Assembly (NCBI GenBank): GCA_964541065.1
Contig: CAZIRH010000001.1
Coordinates: 1-36,595, forward strand
Direction: 5' to 3'
Origin: an uncultured Solibacteraceae bacterium
GTDB taxonomy: Bacteria; Acidobacteriota; Terriglobia; Bryobacterales; Bryobacteraceae
Length of the DNA: 36,595 nucleotides
The notes under the pieces were generated by a model. That model did not search any database. It saw only the letters and a program-made list of their open reading frames with translations, and was not told the DNA's origin. Each line of letters starts with the position of its first letter. Position 1 is the stretch's first letter. A program made the translations under genes and the position numbers. This document shows, one piece after another, positions 23,125-31,830 of this stretch.

Positions 23125-25029
23125 ATGATCAGCCGAAGAAGACTTTTGCAGACTGGGGGAGCGGCAGGCGTGGCACTGCTTGCCGCCAGGCGGCGCGCGC
23201 TGGCCGGGCCGATGGGCTTCGTTCCTCCGAACCTGGGACTGGCCAAGTTCGTGGATGCGCTGACCTATCCGCCGGTGGCGAGTCCAGACACGCTCGCTTA
23301 TCCGGGGTTCGAGTATTACCACCTCGGCATGCGGGAGTACACCCAGAAGATGCACCGGGACCTGCCGGCCACCAAACTGTGGGGGTACACGAATGAGCTG
23401 CCCGCAGGGGGCTACACTACCGGTTACCTCGGTCCCCTCATCCTGGCCAGGAGCACCTTGCCTGGGGAGACTGGAAAGCCGGTCAAGATCAAGTTCGAGA
23501 ATTTCCTTCCGGCGGCCCACATCCTGCCGGTAGACCACAGCATCGCGGGCACGCCCATGGGCAACATCGACAACCGCACGGCGGTGCACCTGCACGGCGG
23601 CAGAGTGCCGTGGCAGAGCGATGGGCACCCCCTGAGCTGGACTTCGCCCGGCAATCTGATTACCGGGGAGTACTGGGGCGCCGGGATGGCCAGCGAGATC
23701 TTCGACTACCCCAACGGGCAGAGCGCACGCCTGATGTGGTATCACGACCACGCGGTCTCTATCACGCGCCTGAACGCTTACGCTGGCCTGGCCGCCGGGT
23801 ACGTCTTGCGCGACCACTTCGAGGACGCGATGATCGCGGCGGGAACGCTCCCTGGCGTCCCGCTGGTCACCGAGATTCCGCTCATCATCCAGGAGAAGGC
23901 TTTCAACGCAGACGGCACGCTGTGGTACCCGGACACGCAGAATCCCGCCGACCTGGCGCCGCCGCCGCTGCCGCCCTTGCCGGATCCTTCCGTGGTTCCC
24001 GAGTTCTTCGGCAACGTCAACCTGGTCAACGGCGTGGTCTGGCCGTTTTTGAACCTGGAGCGCAAGAAATACCGCTTCCGCATCCTGAACGGCAATCAGG
24101 CGCGCTTCTACCGGCTGAAGCTCTACTACGCCATGTCGGACAATGACGCTGATCCCAACTCGAAGGTGCGCAACCCGGCTAGGCCCGGCCCGGCTTTCTA
24201 CCAGATCGGCACGGAGGGCGGCTTCCTGGCCACCCCGGTCATGCTGAACAACCCGGCCAACCCCAGCTCCGCCAAGTTGATGCTGGCCCCGGCCGAGCGC
24301 GCCGACATCATCATCGACTTCCAGGGCGTTCCGAACGGCTCCCGGCTGATCCTTTACAACGACGCGGCCGGGCCGTTCCCGAGCGGCGACCCAGTGGACG
24401 CCGACACCTCCGTGATCATGCAGCTCCGGGTGTCCGGCACGCAAGACACCGCCGCGCTGCGGCTGCCGACGCTGCCGCCCTTCGCGCGGCTTACCGAGCG
24501 CATGGCCAACAAGACCAGGTACTATACGCTCAACGAGGGCTTCGACGAGTACGGCCGCCTGATTCAGTTGGTCGGAAGCAACGTGCCCTACGGCGGAGTA
24601 GGCGGCGGCGGCACCGTGTACGGGCAGCCGTTCCTCGACCCGGCGTCGGGCTACCCGCTGGTTCAAACCGTTGGTTTCCAGGAGCCTCACAAGAACGGCG
24701 ATATCGAGGTTTGGAACATCCTCAATCTGACCGGCGACACCCACCCGATGCACCTGCACTTGGTCAACTACCAGATCCTCTCCCGCCAGGCCTTCGACGT
24801 GAACCAGTACGTGGCCACCGGCACTATCCGGCTGCTCGGGCCGGCCATGCCTCCCGATCCCAACGAGGTGGGCTGGAAAGAAACCGGCCGCATGAACCCC
24901 GGCCAGATCACCAAGATCGCCATGCGGTTCGACGCGCTCCCGGCATGGGTGGGCGGGCACTACGTGTGGCACTGCCACATCCTCGAGCACGAGGAGCACG
25001 ACATGATGCGGGGGCTGGAGCTGGCTTAG
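23125..25029 (+). CDS. TAT-exported multicopper oxidase (CotA/bilirubin-oxidase-like three-domain laccase type)
   Basis: MISRRRLLQTGGAAGVALLAA is a TAT signal. The four copper-ligand motifs are AVHLHGG, WYHDHAV, HPMHLHLV and HCHILEHEEHDMM. GAGGAG lies upstream of the ATG. Confidence 0.92.
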   Translation: MISRRRLLQTGGAAGVALLAARRRALAGPMGFVPPNLGLAKFVDALTYPPVASPDTLAYPGFEYYHLGMREYTQKMHRDLPATKLWGYTNELPAGGYTTGYLGPLILARSTLPGETGKPVKIKFENFLPAAHILPVDHSIAGTPMGNIDNRTAVHLHGGRVPWQSDGHPLSWTSPGNLITGEYWGAGMASEIFDYPNGQSARLMWYHDHAVSITRLNAYAGLAAGYVLRDHFEDAMIAAGTLPGVPLVTEIPLIIQEKAFNADGTLWYPDTQNPADLAPPPLPPLPDPSVVPEFFGNVNLVNGVVWPFLNLERKKYRFRILNGNQARFYRLKLYYAMSDNDADPNSKVRNPARPGPAFYQIGTEGGFLATPVMLNNPANPSSAKLMLAPAERADIIIDFQGVPNGSRLILYNDAAGPFPSGDPVDADTSVIMQLRVSGTQDTAALRLPTLPPFARLTERMANKTRYYTLNEGFDEYGRLIQLVGSNVPYGGVGGGGTVYGQPFLDPASGYPLVQTVGFQEPHKNGDIEVWNILNLTGDTHPMHLHLVNYQILSRQAFDVNQYVATGTIRLLGPAMPPDPNEVGWKETGRMNPGQITKIAMRFDALPAWVGGHYVWHCHILEHEEHDMMRGLELA

Positions 25030-25167
25030 GCCCCTCGTCCGCTGTGCCCTTGCTACTGGCCGGCCGAGGCTCCGACGCGGAGTTCGCTGCGCTGAAATGA
25101 GGGAGCATGCTGATCGGCCTTCTTCTGGTCAGTTGGTGTACACTTCACTGCGAAAGGAGTTGCGACG

Positions 25168-25527
25168 ATGAAAACCACTCGAAGGCTCTGCCTGCTGGTG
25201 AGCTTTCTGCTGGCGGTGGCGGCCCTGGCTGCGGCCGCCGACATTGAGGGCATCTTGGTGGACCGCATGTGCTCGACCAAGATCATCAAGGAGGGGCAGA
25301 AGGCCGCCCAGGCGCACACGCGCGAGTGCGCCCTGATGCCCGACTGCGCGGCCAGCGGCTACGGCGTCTACACCGCCGAAGGGAAGTTCCTCACCTTCGA
25401 CGCCGCCGGCAACAAGCAGGCCGAGCAGGCCTTGCGTGCCTCGAAGAAGCGGAACAACCTGCGCGTGGTGGTCTCGGGCCAGCAGGCCGGCGACACCATC
25501 CAGGTCACGAGCTTGAAGCTGCTGTAG
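25168..25527 (+). CDS. Small secreted protein of unknown function with a Cys/His/Met cluster (candidate periplasmic metal-binding protein)
   Basis: 119-aa ORF with AGGAG 8 nt upstream. Signal peptide is MKTTRRLCLLVSFLLAVAALAAAA|D. The mature part contains DRMC...AHTRECALMPDCAASGYG. GC3-rich codon usage matches the neighbouring genes. Confidence 0.7.
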   Translation: MKTTRRLCLLVSFLLAVAALAAAADIEGILVDRMCSTKIIKEGQKAAQAHTRECALMPDCAASGYGVYTAEGKFLTFDAAGNKQAEQALRASKKRNNLRVVVSGQQAGDTIQVTSLKLL

Positions 25528-25537
25528 CCGACGGGGC

Positions 25538-28500
25538 TTACGCGGCGGCCTTCCGCTTCAGGTGGAAGTTCCACCGCCACACCTCGTATACGGGCGGGTA
25601 GACGATGAGTTCGAGCAGGAACGAGGTGAAGATCCCGCCGATCAGGGGCGCCGCGATGCGCTTCATCACGTCGGCGCCCACCCCCGTGGACCAGGCTATC
25701 GGTATCAGGGCGAGGAAGGTGGTGGCCACGGTCATGAATTTGGGCCGGATGCGCTTGACCGCGCCCTGCACGATGGCCTGCCGGAGTTCAGGCAGGTTGC
25801 GGAGACGGCCCTCCTGGCCGGCCTGCTGGTAGGCCAGATCCAGGTACAGCAGCATGAACACGCCGGTCTCGGCGTCCACCCCCAGCAGGGCAATCAGCCC
25901 GACCCACACGCCCACGCTCAGGTTGTAGCCGAGCAGATACAGCAGCCAGATGGCGCCCACGGCGGAGAACGGCACGGCCAGCAGGACGATCAGCGTCTTC
26001 ACCGTCGAGCGCGTGTTCAGGTACAGCAGCAGGAAGATCAGCAGCAGCGTGAAGGGCACCACTATCGCCAAGCGCTCCTGGACGCGTGCCAGGGCCTCGT
26101 ACTGGCCGCTCCACTGGACGGCGTAGCCCGGCGGCACCCGCACCTCGTCGCGCACCAGCTTCCTGGCTTCCTCGACGTATCCGCCCAGATCGCGCCCCGC
26201 CACGTCCACGTACACGTAGCCGGTCAGCAGCCCGTTCTCGTTGCGCAGCATGGCCGGGCCGCTGGCCAGCTTGATCTCGGCCAGTTGGGCGATAGGGACC
26301 TGGCTGGCGCCACCGGCCACCGGCACGGGGAGCCGGGCTAGCGCATCCAGGTCGCTGCGGAAGTCCCGCATGTAGCGCACGTTCACGGAATACCGCTCGC
26401 GCCCCTCGATGGTGGTCGTGACTGTGTCCCCGCCGATACCGTTCTCCACCACCGCCTGCGCGTCCTCGATGCGCAGCCCGTAGCGGGCCAGTTGCTCGCG
26501 GTTCCACACCAGGTCCAGGAAGTAGCCCCCGCTGGCCCGCTCGGCGAATGCGCTGCGGGTGCCGCGCACTCGCGGCAGCACCGACTCGATGCGCGTGGCG
26601 ATGTTCTCTATGGTTCTCAAGTCCGCCCCTTGCACCTTGATGCCCACCGGCGTGCGCATGTTGGTGGTCAGCATGTCGATGCGGGCGCGGATGGGCATGG
26701 TCCAGGCGTTGGAGACCCCGGGCAGCTTCAGCGCTTCGTTCAGCTCGTCCACCAGCCGCTCGGTCGAAATGTGGTCCGGGGTGATGTGGCGCAACGGCGC
26801 TTTGAGCCATTCCGGGGCCCAGGAGGAATACCAGGTGTCCACCTTGCGCCACTGGCGGCGAGGCTTCAAGGTGATGACGGTCTCCATCATGGAAAGGGGC
26901 GCCGGGTCGGTGGCGGTTTCGGCGCGCCCCGCCTTGCCCAGCACGCGCTCCACCTCCGGGAACCGGCGAATGAGGCGGTCCTGCACCTGGAGCAGCTTCT
27001 GCGCCTCCGCCACCGAGATCCCCGGCAGCGTCGAGGGCATGTAGAAGAGGTCCCCCTCGTCCAGGGGCGGCATAAACTCGCTGCCCAGCGCCTGGAACGC
27101 CGGGATGGTCGCCACCACCATCGCCAGGGCGCCCCCGATCACCAGCCACTTGTGCCGCAACGACCACAGGCAGGCCGGCTCGTATAGGCGGATCAGCAGC
27201 CGGCTGACGGGATGCTTTTCCTCTGAACGAATCTTCCCCACCACCGCGGCGTTCGCCGCCCGGCACAACCACACGGGGCGGAACTCGAAGTTCTTAGCGT
27301 GCGTGAACAGCAGCCGCAGCGCCGGATCCAGCGTGATGGCCAGCACCGCCGCGATGATCATCGACAGGTTCTTGGTGTAGGCCAGCGGCTTGAAAAGCCG
27401 GCCCTCCTCCGCCTCCAGGGTCAGCACCGGCAGGAAGGAGACCGCAATCACCAGCAGGGCGTAGAAGCTCGGCCCGCCGACCTCTTTGATGGCGTCGATG
27501 ACCACCCGGCGGTAGTCGCCCCCGGCCCCGGACCGCTGCCAGTTCTCCAGCTTCTTGTGGGTCTGCTCGACCACCACGATGGCCGCGTCCACCAGGGCGC
27601 CGATGGCTATGGCGATCCCTCCCAGCGACATGATGTTCGAAGTGATGCCCATCATCCGCATGGGGATGAACGACAGCAGGACCGCGACGGGAATCGTAAT
27701 GATGGGAATCAGCGCGCTGGGGATGTGCCACAGGAACACCACGATGATCAGGGCCACGATCACCAGTTCCTCGAGGATCGTCTCCTTGAGCGTGCCGATC
27801 GACTCCAGGATCAGGTCCGAGCGATCGTAGCAGGTGACGATTTTCACCCCCGGCGGCAGTCCCGGCTCGATCTCCTTGAGCTTGGCCTTGACGCGGTCGA
27901 TCACCTGGAGGGCGTTCTCGCCGTGCCGCATGACCACGATGCCGGAGACCACGTCGCCCTTGCCGTCCAGGTCCGCCACGCCGCGCCGCATCTCGGGCCC
28001 CAGCACCACCGTGCCGACGTCCTTGACGCGCACGGGAATGCCGTCGTAGCCGCCCAGCACCACGTTGCCGATGTCCTCGACCGAGCGCGCGTACCCCCGC
28101 CCGCGCACCATGTACTCCGCGCCGCCGAATTCCAAGAGACGCCCGCCCGCATCCCGGTTCGAGGCGCGGATGGCCTCCACGATCCGGCTGAGCGGCAGGT
28201 TGTACATTTGCAGCCGGTTCGGGTCCACCGTCACCTGGTACTGCCGCACGAACCCGCCCAGCGGCGCCACTTCCGCCACTCCCGGCACTGACTTCAGGTA
28301 GTAGCGCAGATACCAGTCCTGATAGGAACGCAAATCCGCCAGGCTGTGCCGCCCGCCGGTGTCCACCAGCGCGTACTGGAACACCCAGCCCAGCCCGGTG
28401 GCGTCCGGCCCCAGTTCCGTTTTGACGCCCTCGGGCAGGTTGGGCAGCGTGCTGGAGAGATACTCGAGCGTCCGCGAGCGCGCCCAGTAGATGTCCGTGC

Positions 28501-28795
28501 CTTCCTCGAAGATGACGTAGACGCAGGAGTAGCCGAAATCGGAGAAGCCGCGCACCGCGCGCACCCGCGGCGCGCCCACCAGGGCGGTCACGATGGGGTA
28601 GGTGACCTGGTCCTCGATGGTGTCCGGGCTGCGATCCCAGCGCGAGTAGACGATCACCTGGGTGTCGCTGAGGTCGGGGATGGCGTCCAGCGGCAGGTGG
28701 TTCAGCGACCACCACCCGGCCAATACCGCCGCGCCCACCAGGATGAAGACCAGCAGCTTGTTGTTGGCCGAGAACTCGATGATGCGGTTAATCAT
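25538..28795 (-). CDS. cusA: CusA/CzcA-family heavy-metal efflux RND inner-membrane pump
   Basis: 1085 aa. The N-terminus ...LPLDAIPDLSDTQVIVYSRWDRSPDTIEDQVTYPIVTALVGAPRVRAVRGFSDFGYSCVYVIFEEGTDIYWARSRTLEYLS closely follows the CusA pattern (DLSDxQVI, GFSxFGxSxVYVIFEDGTDxYWARSRxLEYL). It overlaps the stop of the upstream adaptor gene by 8 nt. Confidence 0.92.
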   Translation of the reverse strand: MINRIIEFSANNKLLVFILVGAAVLAGWWSLNHLPLDAIPDLSDTQVIVYSRWDRSPDTIEDQVTYPIVTALVGAPRVRAVRGFSDFGYSCVYVIFEEGTDIYWARSRTLEYLSSTLPNLPEGVKTELGPDATGLGWVFQYALVDTGGRHSLADLRSYQDWYLRYYLKSVPGVAEVAPLGGFVRQYQVTVDPNRLQMYNLPLSRIVEAIRASNRDAGGRLLEFGGAEYMVRGRGYARSVEDIGNVVLGGYDGIPVRVKDVGTVVLGPEMRRGVADLDGKGDVVSGIVVMRHGENALQVIDRVKAKLKEIEPGLPPGVKIVTCYDRSDLILESIGTLKETILEELVIVALIIVVFLWHIPSALIPIITIPVAVLLSFIPMRMMGITSNIMSLGGIAIAIGALVDAAIVVVEQTHKKLENWQRSGAGGDYRRVVIDAIKEVGGPSFYALLVIAVSFLPVLTLEAEEGRLFKPLAYTKNLSMIIAAVLAITLDPALRLLFTHAKNFEFRPVWLCRAANAAVVGKIRSEEKHPVSRLLIRLYEPACLWSLRHKWLVIGGALAMVVATIPAFQALGSEFMPPLDEGDLFYMPSTLPGISVAEAQKLLQVQDRLIRRFPEVERVLGKAGRAETATDPAPLSMMETVITLKPRRQWRKVDTWYSSWAPEWLKAPLRHITPDHISTERLVDELNEALKLPGVSNAWTMPIRARIDMLTTNMRTPVGIKVQGADLRTIENIATRIESVLPRVRGTRSAFAERASGGYFLDLVWNREQLARYGLRIEDAQAVVENGIGGDTVTTTIEGRERYSVNVRYMRDFRSDLDALARLPVPVAGGASQVPIAQLAEIKLASGPAMLRNENGLLTGYVYVDVAGRDLGGYVEEARKLVRDEVRVPPGYAVQWSGQYEALARVQERLAIVVPFTLLLIFLLLYLNTRSTVKTLIVLLAVPFSAVGAIWLLYLLGYNLSVGVWVGLIALLGVDAETGVFMLLYLDLAYQQAGQEGRLRNLPELRQAIVQGAVKRIRPKFMTVATTFLALIPIAWSTGVGADVMKRIAAPLIGGIFTSFLLELIVYPPVYEVWRWNFHLKRKAAA

Positions 28796-30011
28796 GCCCG
28801 CTACCCCCGGGCTTGGGGGCGCTGGGGCTGCCGTGGCCGGCGCCGGGCGCGGGCGACTTCTCGGTGGGCGGCCCAGCGGGCGCCTGTTCGCCCTTCAGGG
28901 CCTGGTCCCCGTAGTATTCCGGATTCATGTCGAACTGCCGCTTGCATTCGTCCGAGCAGAAGTAGAACCGCCGGCCGCGGTACTCGCTGGTCCGGCCGCG
29001 GGCGCTGGTGGCCACGACCTCCATGCCGCACACCGGGTCTTTGTGAACGGCTCCCGCCGCGGGCTGGGCTGCCGCCGCCTCGGCAGGCGCGCTAGGCTGG
29101 GCTTCCTCACGCATCCCTGCCGGGGCTTGCGGAACTGCGGCTCTCTCCGGGGAGCCTGGCCCGCTCCGCATCCCTGCGGCGGCAGCCTTCAGTTGGCTCT
29201 CCGAGTCGATCAGGAAATTCCCTGAGATCACCACGCGCTCGCCGGGCCTGAGTCCTTTGAGGATCTCGATCCGGTCGCCGAAGCGCCGTCCCGTCTCCAC
29301 TGGCCGGGGCTCGAGGTAGCCGTCGCCCAGGTCCACGAAAGCGGTCTTCCGCAGGCCGGAATCGAGAACGGCCTGGGCGGGCACGGTCAGAGCCGAAGTG
29401 GCGGCGACGCGGAACTGGACGTCCAGCAGCGTGTCGGGCACAAGCTGGAATCCCGGCGTGCCGGCGTTCAGGCGCACTTTCAGGGTGCGGGTGGCCGCGT
29501 CCAGCCGCGGGTAGATGTAGTCCACCTTCGCCCAGAACGATTTCCGCGGCGGATACGGCCGGGTGATCAGCGCGCTCTGGCCGATGTGAATGAGCGGCGT
29601 TTCGTACTCGAAGACATCGGCCAGCACCACGATCTGCTTCTGGTCGTAAGCCACCTTGCCTGCCGCCCGGATCACCTGCGTGTTGGAGGTGATCTCAGCT
29701 TTGCCGAACTGCACCCCGATCAGTTGCTGCTTCTCAGGACTGATCTGTACCGTGCCGGGGGCCAGCCGGCGGCTAGTCGCCGGGCCGCCGTCCGCGTAGA
29801 CAGGTTCGAGGCGCATGCCGCAACACGGCGCCGTGCCGGGCCGGTCGGACTTGTATTGCGGATGCATCGGGCAGGTGTAGTACAGAACGCGCCGTGCGGT
29901 CGCGGCCGGGAGCGGCTCGGCGCGCTGCGTGTGCCAGCGGCCCACCAGGTACGCTCCCGCCACCAGCAGCAACACCGCGGCAAGCTTGGTCAAGTTCTTG
30001 GAAAGATTCAA
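28788..30011 (-). CDS. cusB: RND periplasmic adaptor (CusB-like membrane fusion protein) with an N-terminal heavy-metal-binding CxxC-type domain and a C-terminal YHS/TRASH domain
   Basis: TTG 30011 has GGAGG 8 nt upstream. A membrane anchor is followed by YYTCPMHPQYKSDRPGTAPCCGMRLEP. The MFP core includes VEYETPLIHIGQSALI and RVVISGNFLIDSESQLK. A Pro/Ala-rich linker leads to DPVCGMEVVATSARGRTSEYRGRRFYFCSDECKRQFDMNPEYY. Confidence 0.88.
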   Translation of the reverse strand: MNLSKNLTKLAAVLLLVAGAYLVGRWHTQRAEPLPAATARRVLYYTCPMHPQYKSDRPGTAPCCGMRLEPVYADGGPATSRRLAPGTVQISPEKQQLIGVQFGKAEITSNTQVIRAAGKVAYDQKQIVVLADVFEYETPLIHIGQSALITRPYPPRKSFWAKVDYIYPRLDAATRTLKVRLNAGTPGFQLVPDTLLDVQFRVAATSALTVPAQAVLDSGLRKTAFVDLGDGYLEPRPVETGRRFGDRIEILKGLRPGERVVISGNFLIDSESQLKAAAAGMRSGPGSPERAAVPQAPAGMREEAQPSAPAEAAAAQPAAGAVHKDPVCGMEVVATSARGRTSEYRGRRFYFCSDECKRQFDMNPEYYGDQALKGEQAPAGPPTEKSPAPGAGHGSPSAPKPGGSGHD

Positions 30012-30139
30012 GATAAGGCCCTCCCCGCGCGACCCTTAAGTTAGTTTAATGATCCCGGCGCCGCGCCGTCAAGGTGGCACGGGCCATCACGCCACGCCGG
30101 GCCAATCGCTGTATACTGCGAAAGGCAGGAGGTCTGACC

Positions 30140-31159
30140 GTGAAGCATGAGCCAGTCAGCCGGCGCGATTTCGTAGGGGCGACTGCGCTGGCGGCGTCCT
30201 CCCGAGGAGCCAGCCGCTCTCCAGGCGGTCTCAAAGTCGGCCTGTACAGCATCACCTACTTGGGCGTCTGGTACCGGGGCGAACCGCTGACTCTGGAGGA
30301 GCTCCTGGACCGGGCCAAGCAGTACGGCTACCAGGGCGTGGAGATCGACGGCAAGCGCCCGCACGGCAACCCGCCGGACATGCCGAAGAAGCGGTGCCTG
30401 GAGCTGCGCAAGAAGGCGCAGCAGAAGGGCCTGGAGATCTGCGCGGTCGCGGCCAACAACGATTTCTCGAGCCCCGTTCCGGAGCATCGCGAGTGCCAGT
30501 TGGCATACCTGCGCGAACTCATCCGCATGACGGCGGATCTGGGCGTCAAAGTGCTGCGCGTGTTCCTGGCCTGGCCGGGCGTGACCAAGCACCCCCAGGT
30601 GGGCCGTTACGACATTGCCCGGCGCATCTGGCAGGAGTCGCACAAGGATTTCACCGAAGACGAGACGTGGGCCTGGTGCCGCGAGGGGCTCGTCGAGTCG
30701 GCCCGCTACGCCGGCGAGCATGGCGTGACGCTGGCCTTACAGAATCACGCCCCGGTCATCAAGGACCATCGGGACGTCCTGCGCATGGTGCGCGAGGTGG
30801 CGTCGCCTCACCTGAAGGTCTGTCTGGACGCCCCCATCATGCCGAAGAAGGATCCCGTCTCCGTGCGCCAGGCGGCGCTGGAGGTAGGCGCCTTGCAGGT
30901 GCTCTCGCACTTCGGCGGCGACTACGAGCGGAACCCCGACGGCACCATCAAGGCGGAGCCTTTCTACCTGCCCTTCGTGCGGGCTATGCTCGAAATCGGC
31001 TACCGGGGCTACATGAGCTACGAACTGTGTCATCCCCTCCCGGTGGTGAACGGCCAGACCGTGGGCATCGACTACGTGGACACGAGCGCCCGCCTGGCCG
31101 CCGAGTTCATGCGCGGCGTCATCGCCGAGGCCGAGAAGGAAGCCAAGCCAGCCGGATGA
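30140..31159 (+). CDS. TAT-exported xylose-isomerase-like TIM-barrel protein (sugar phosphate isomerase/epimerase family)
   Basis: GTG 30140 has AGGAGG 8 nt upstream; the track start at 30074 is an extension. (M)KHEPVSRRDFVGATALAASS is a TAT motif. The body matches the AP-endonuclease-2/xylose-isomerase-like TIM pattern (YGYQGVEIDG, LEICAVAANNDF, LGVKVLRVF, GVTLALQNH, YRGYMSYEL). Confidence 0.8.
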   Translation: MKHEPVSRRDFVGATALAASSRGASRSPGGLKVGLYSITYLGVWYRGEPLTLEELLDRAKQYGYQGVEIDGKRPHGNPPDMPKKRCLELRKKAQQKGLEICAVAANNDFSSPVPEHRECQLAYLRELIRMTADLGVKVLRVFLAWPGVTKHPQVGRYDIARRIWQESHKDFTEDETWAWCREGLVESARYAGEHGVTLALQNHAPVIKDHRDVLRMVREVASPHLKVCLDAPIMPKKDPVSVRQAALEVGALQVLSHFGGDYERNPDGTIKAEPFYLPFVRAMLEIGYRGYMSYELCHPLPVVNGQTVGIDYVDTSARLAAEFMRGVIAEAEKEAKPAG

Positions 31160-31328
31160 GAAGACCGGGAGCCGGGAACGATGTCTTCTGCCTCACGGCG
31201 CCCTGTCTGGGCCGAACCCACTTGCCAGTCACTTTCAGGTCGCGCACGCCCACCTCCGGCGGTTTGGCCTGCCGCGGGTTCGCGGCGCTATGATGAAGGG
31301 AATCCCTGGCGTCGTGGGGTGATCCAAG

Positions 31329-31823
31329 GTGCGCAAAGAGCTCTTGCCGTTCGTCGGCGTAGGCGTAGCGGTGGCGGGCCTCCTGGTGGCCGTGCTTTTC
31401 TACGTGCAGCGGGGCGCTCACCTGGAACTGGTAGGGTCCATCCAGAAGGTGCGCACGCTGGCGGTGGAGGAATCCGGCTCGATCGCCGTGCTGGATTTCC
31501 GCTTCGTGAACTCCGCCGACTACCTCTTCGTCGTGCGTGCGGTGGCGGTGTCCCTGGAGGACCAGCAGGGCCAGATCCTGGAGGGTGCGGTGGTTTCCGA
31601 GGTGGACGCCCGGCGCCTGTTTCAGTACTTCCCCCTGCTGGGCCAGAAGTACAATGACAGCCTGCTGGCCCGGACACGGATCGCGCCGCGCCAGTCCATG
31701 GACCGTATGATTGCGGCGCGCTTCGAGATCCCCGAGAGACGGCTCCAGGAGCGCAAGCGGTTGCGCATTCGCGTCGAAGACGTCGATGGGGCGGTCTCGG
31801 AGATCGTCGAGGGCGCGCGGTAG
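31329..31823 (+). CDS. Hypothetical membrane-anchored protein (single N-terminal TM helix, no recognisable family)
   Basis: 164-aa ORF from GTG 31329 with a strong GC3 bias like its neighbours. The N-terminal helix is LLPFVGVGVAVAGLLVAVLFYV, and the remainder is soluble. Confidence 0.6.
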   Translation: MRKELLPFVGVGVAVAGLLVAVLFYVQRGAHLELVGSIQKVRTLAVEESGSIAVLDFRFVNSADYLFVVRAVAVSLEDQQGQILEGAVVSEVDARRLFQYFPLLGQKYNDSLLARTRIAPRQSMDRMIAARFEIPERRLQERKRLRIRVEDVDGAVSEIVEGAR

Positions 31824-31830
31824 GGACCGC

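Noticed and set aside
31159-31189. Hairpin AGAAGAC-N17-GTCTTCT immediately after the stop of 30140..31159, as a possible intrinsic terminator
   Set aside because: It has a 7-bp A/G-rich stem, a large loop and no downstream T-run, so it is not convincing as a Rho-independent terminator.
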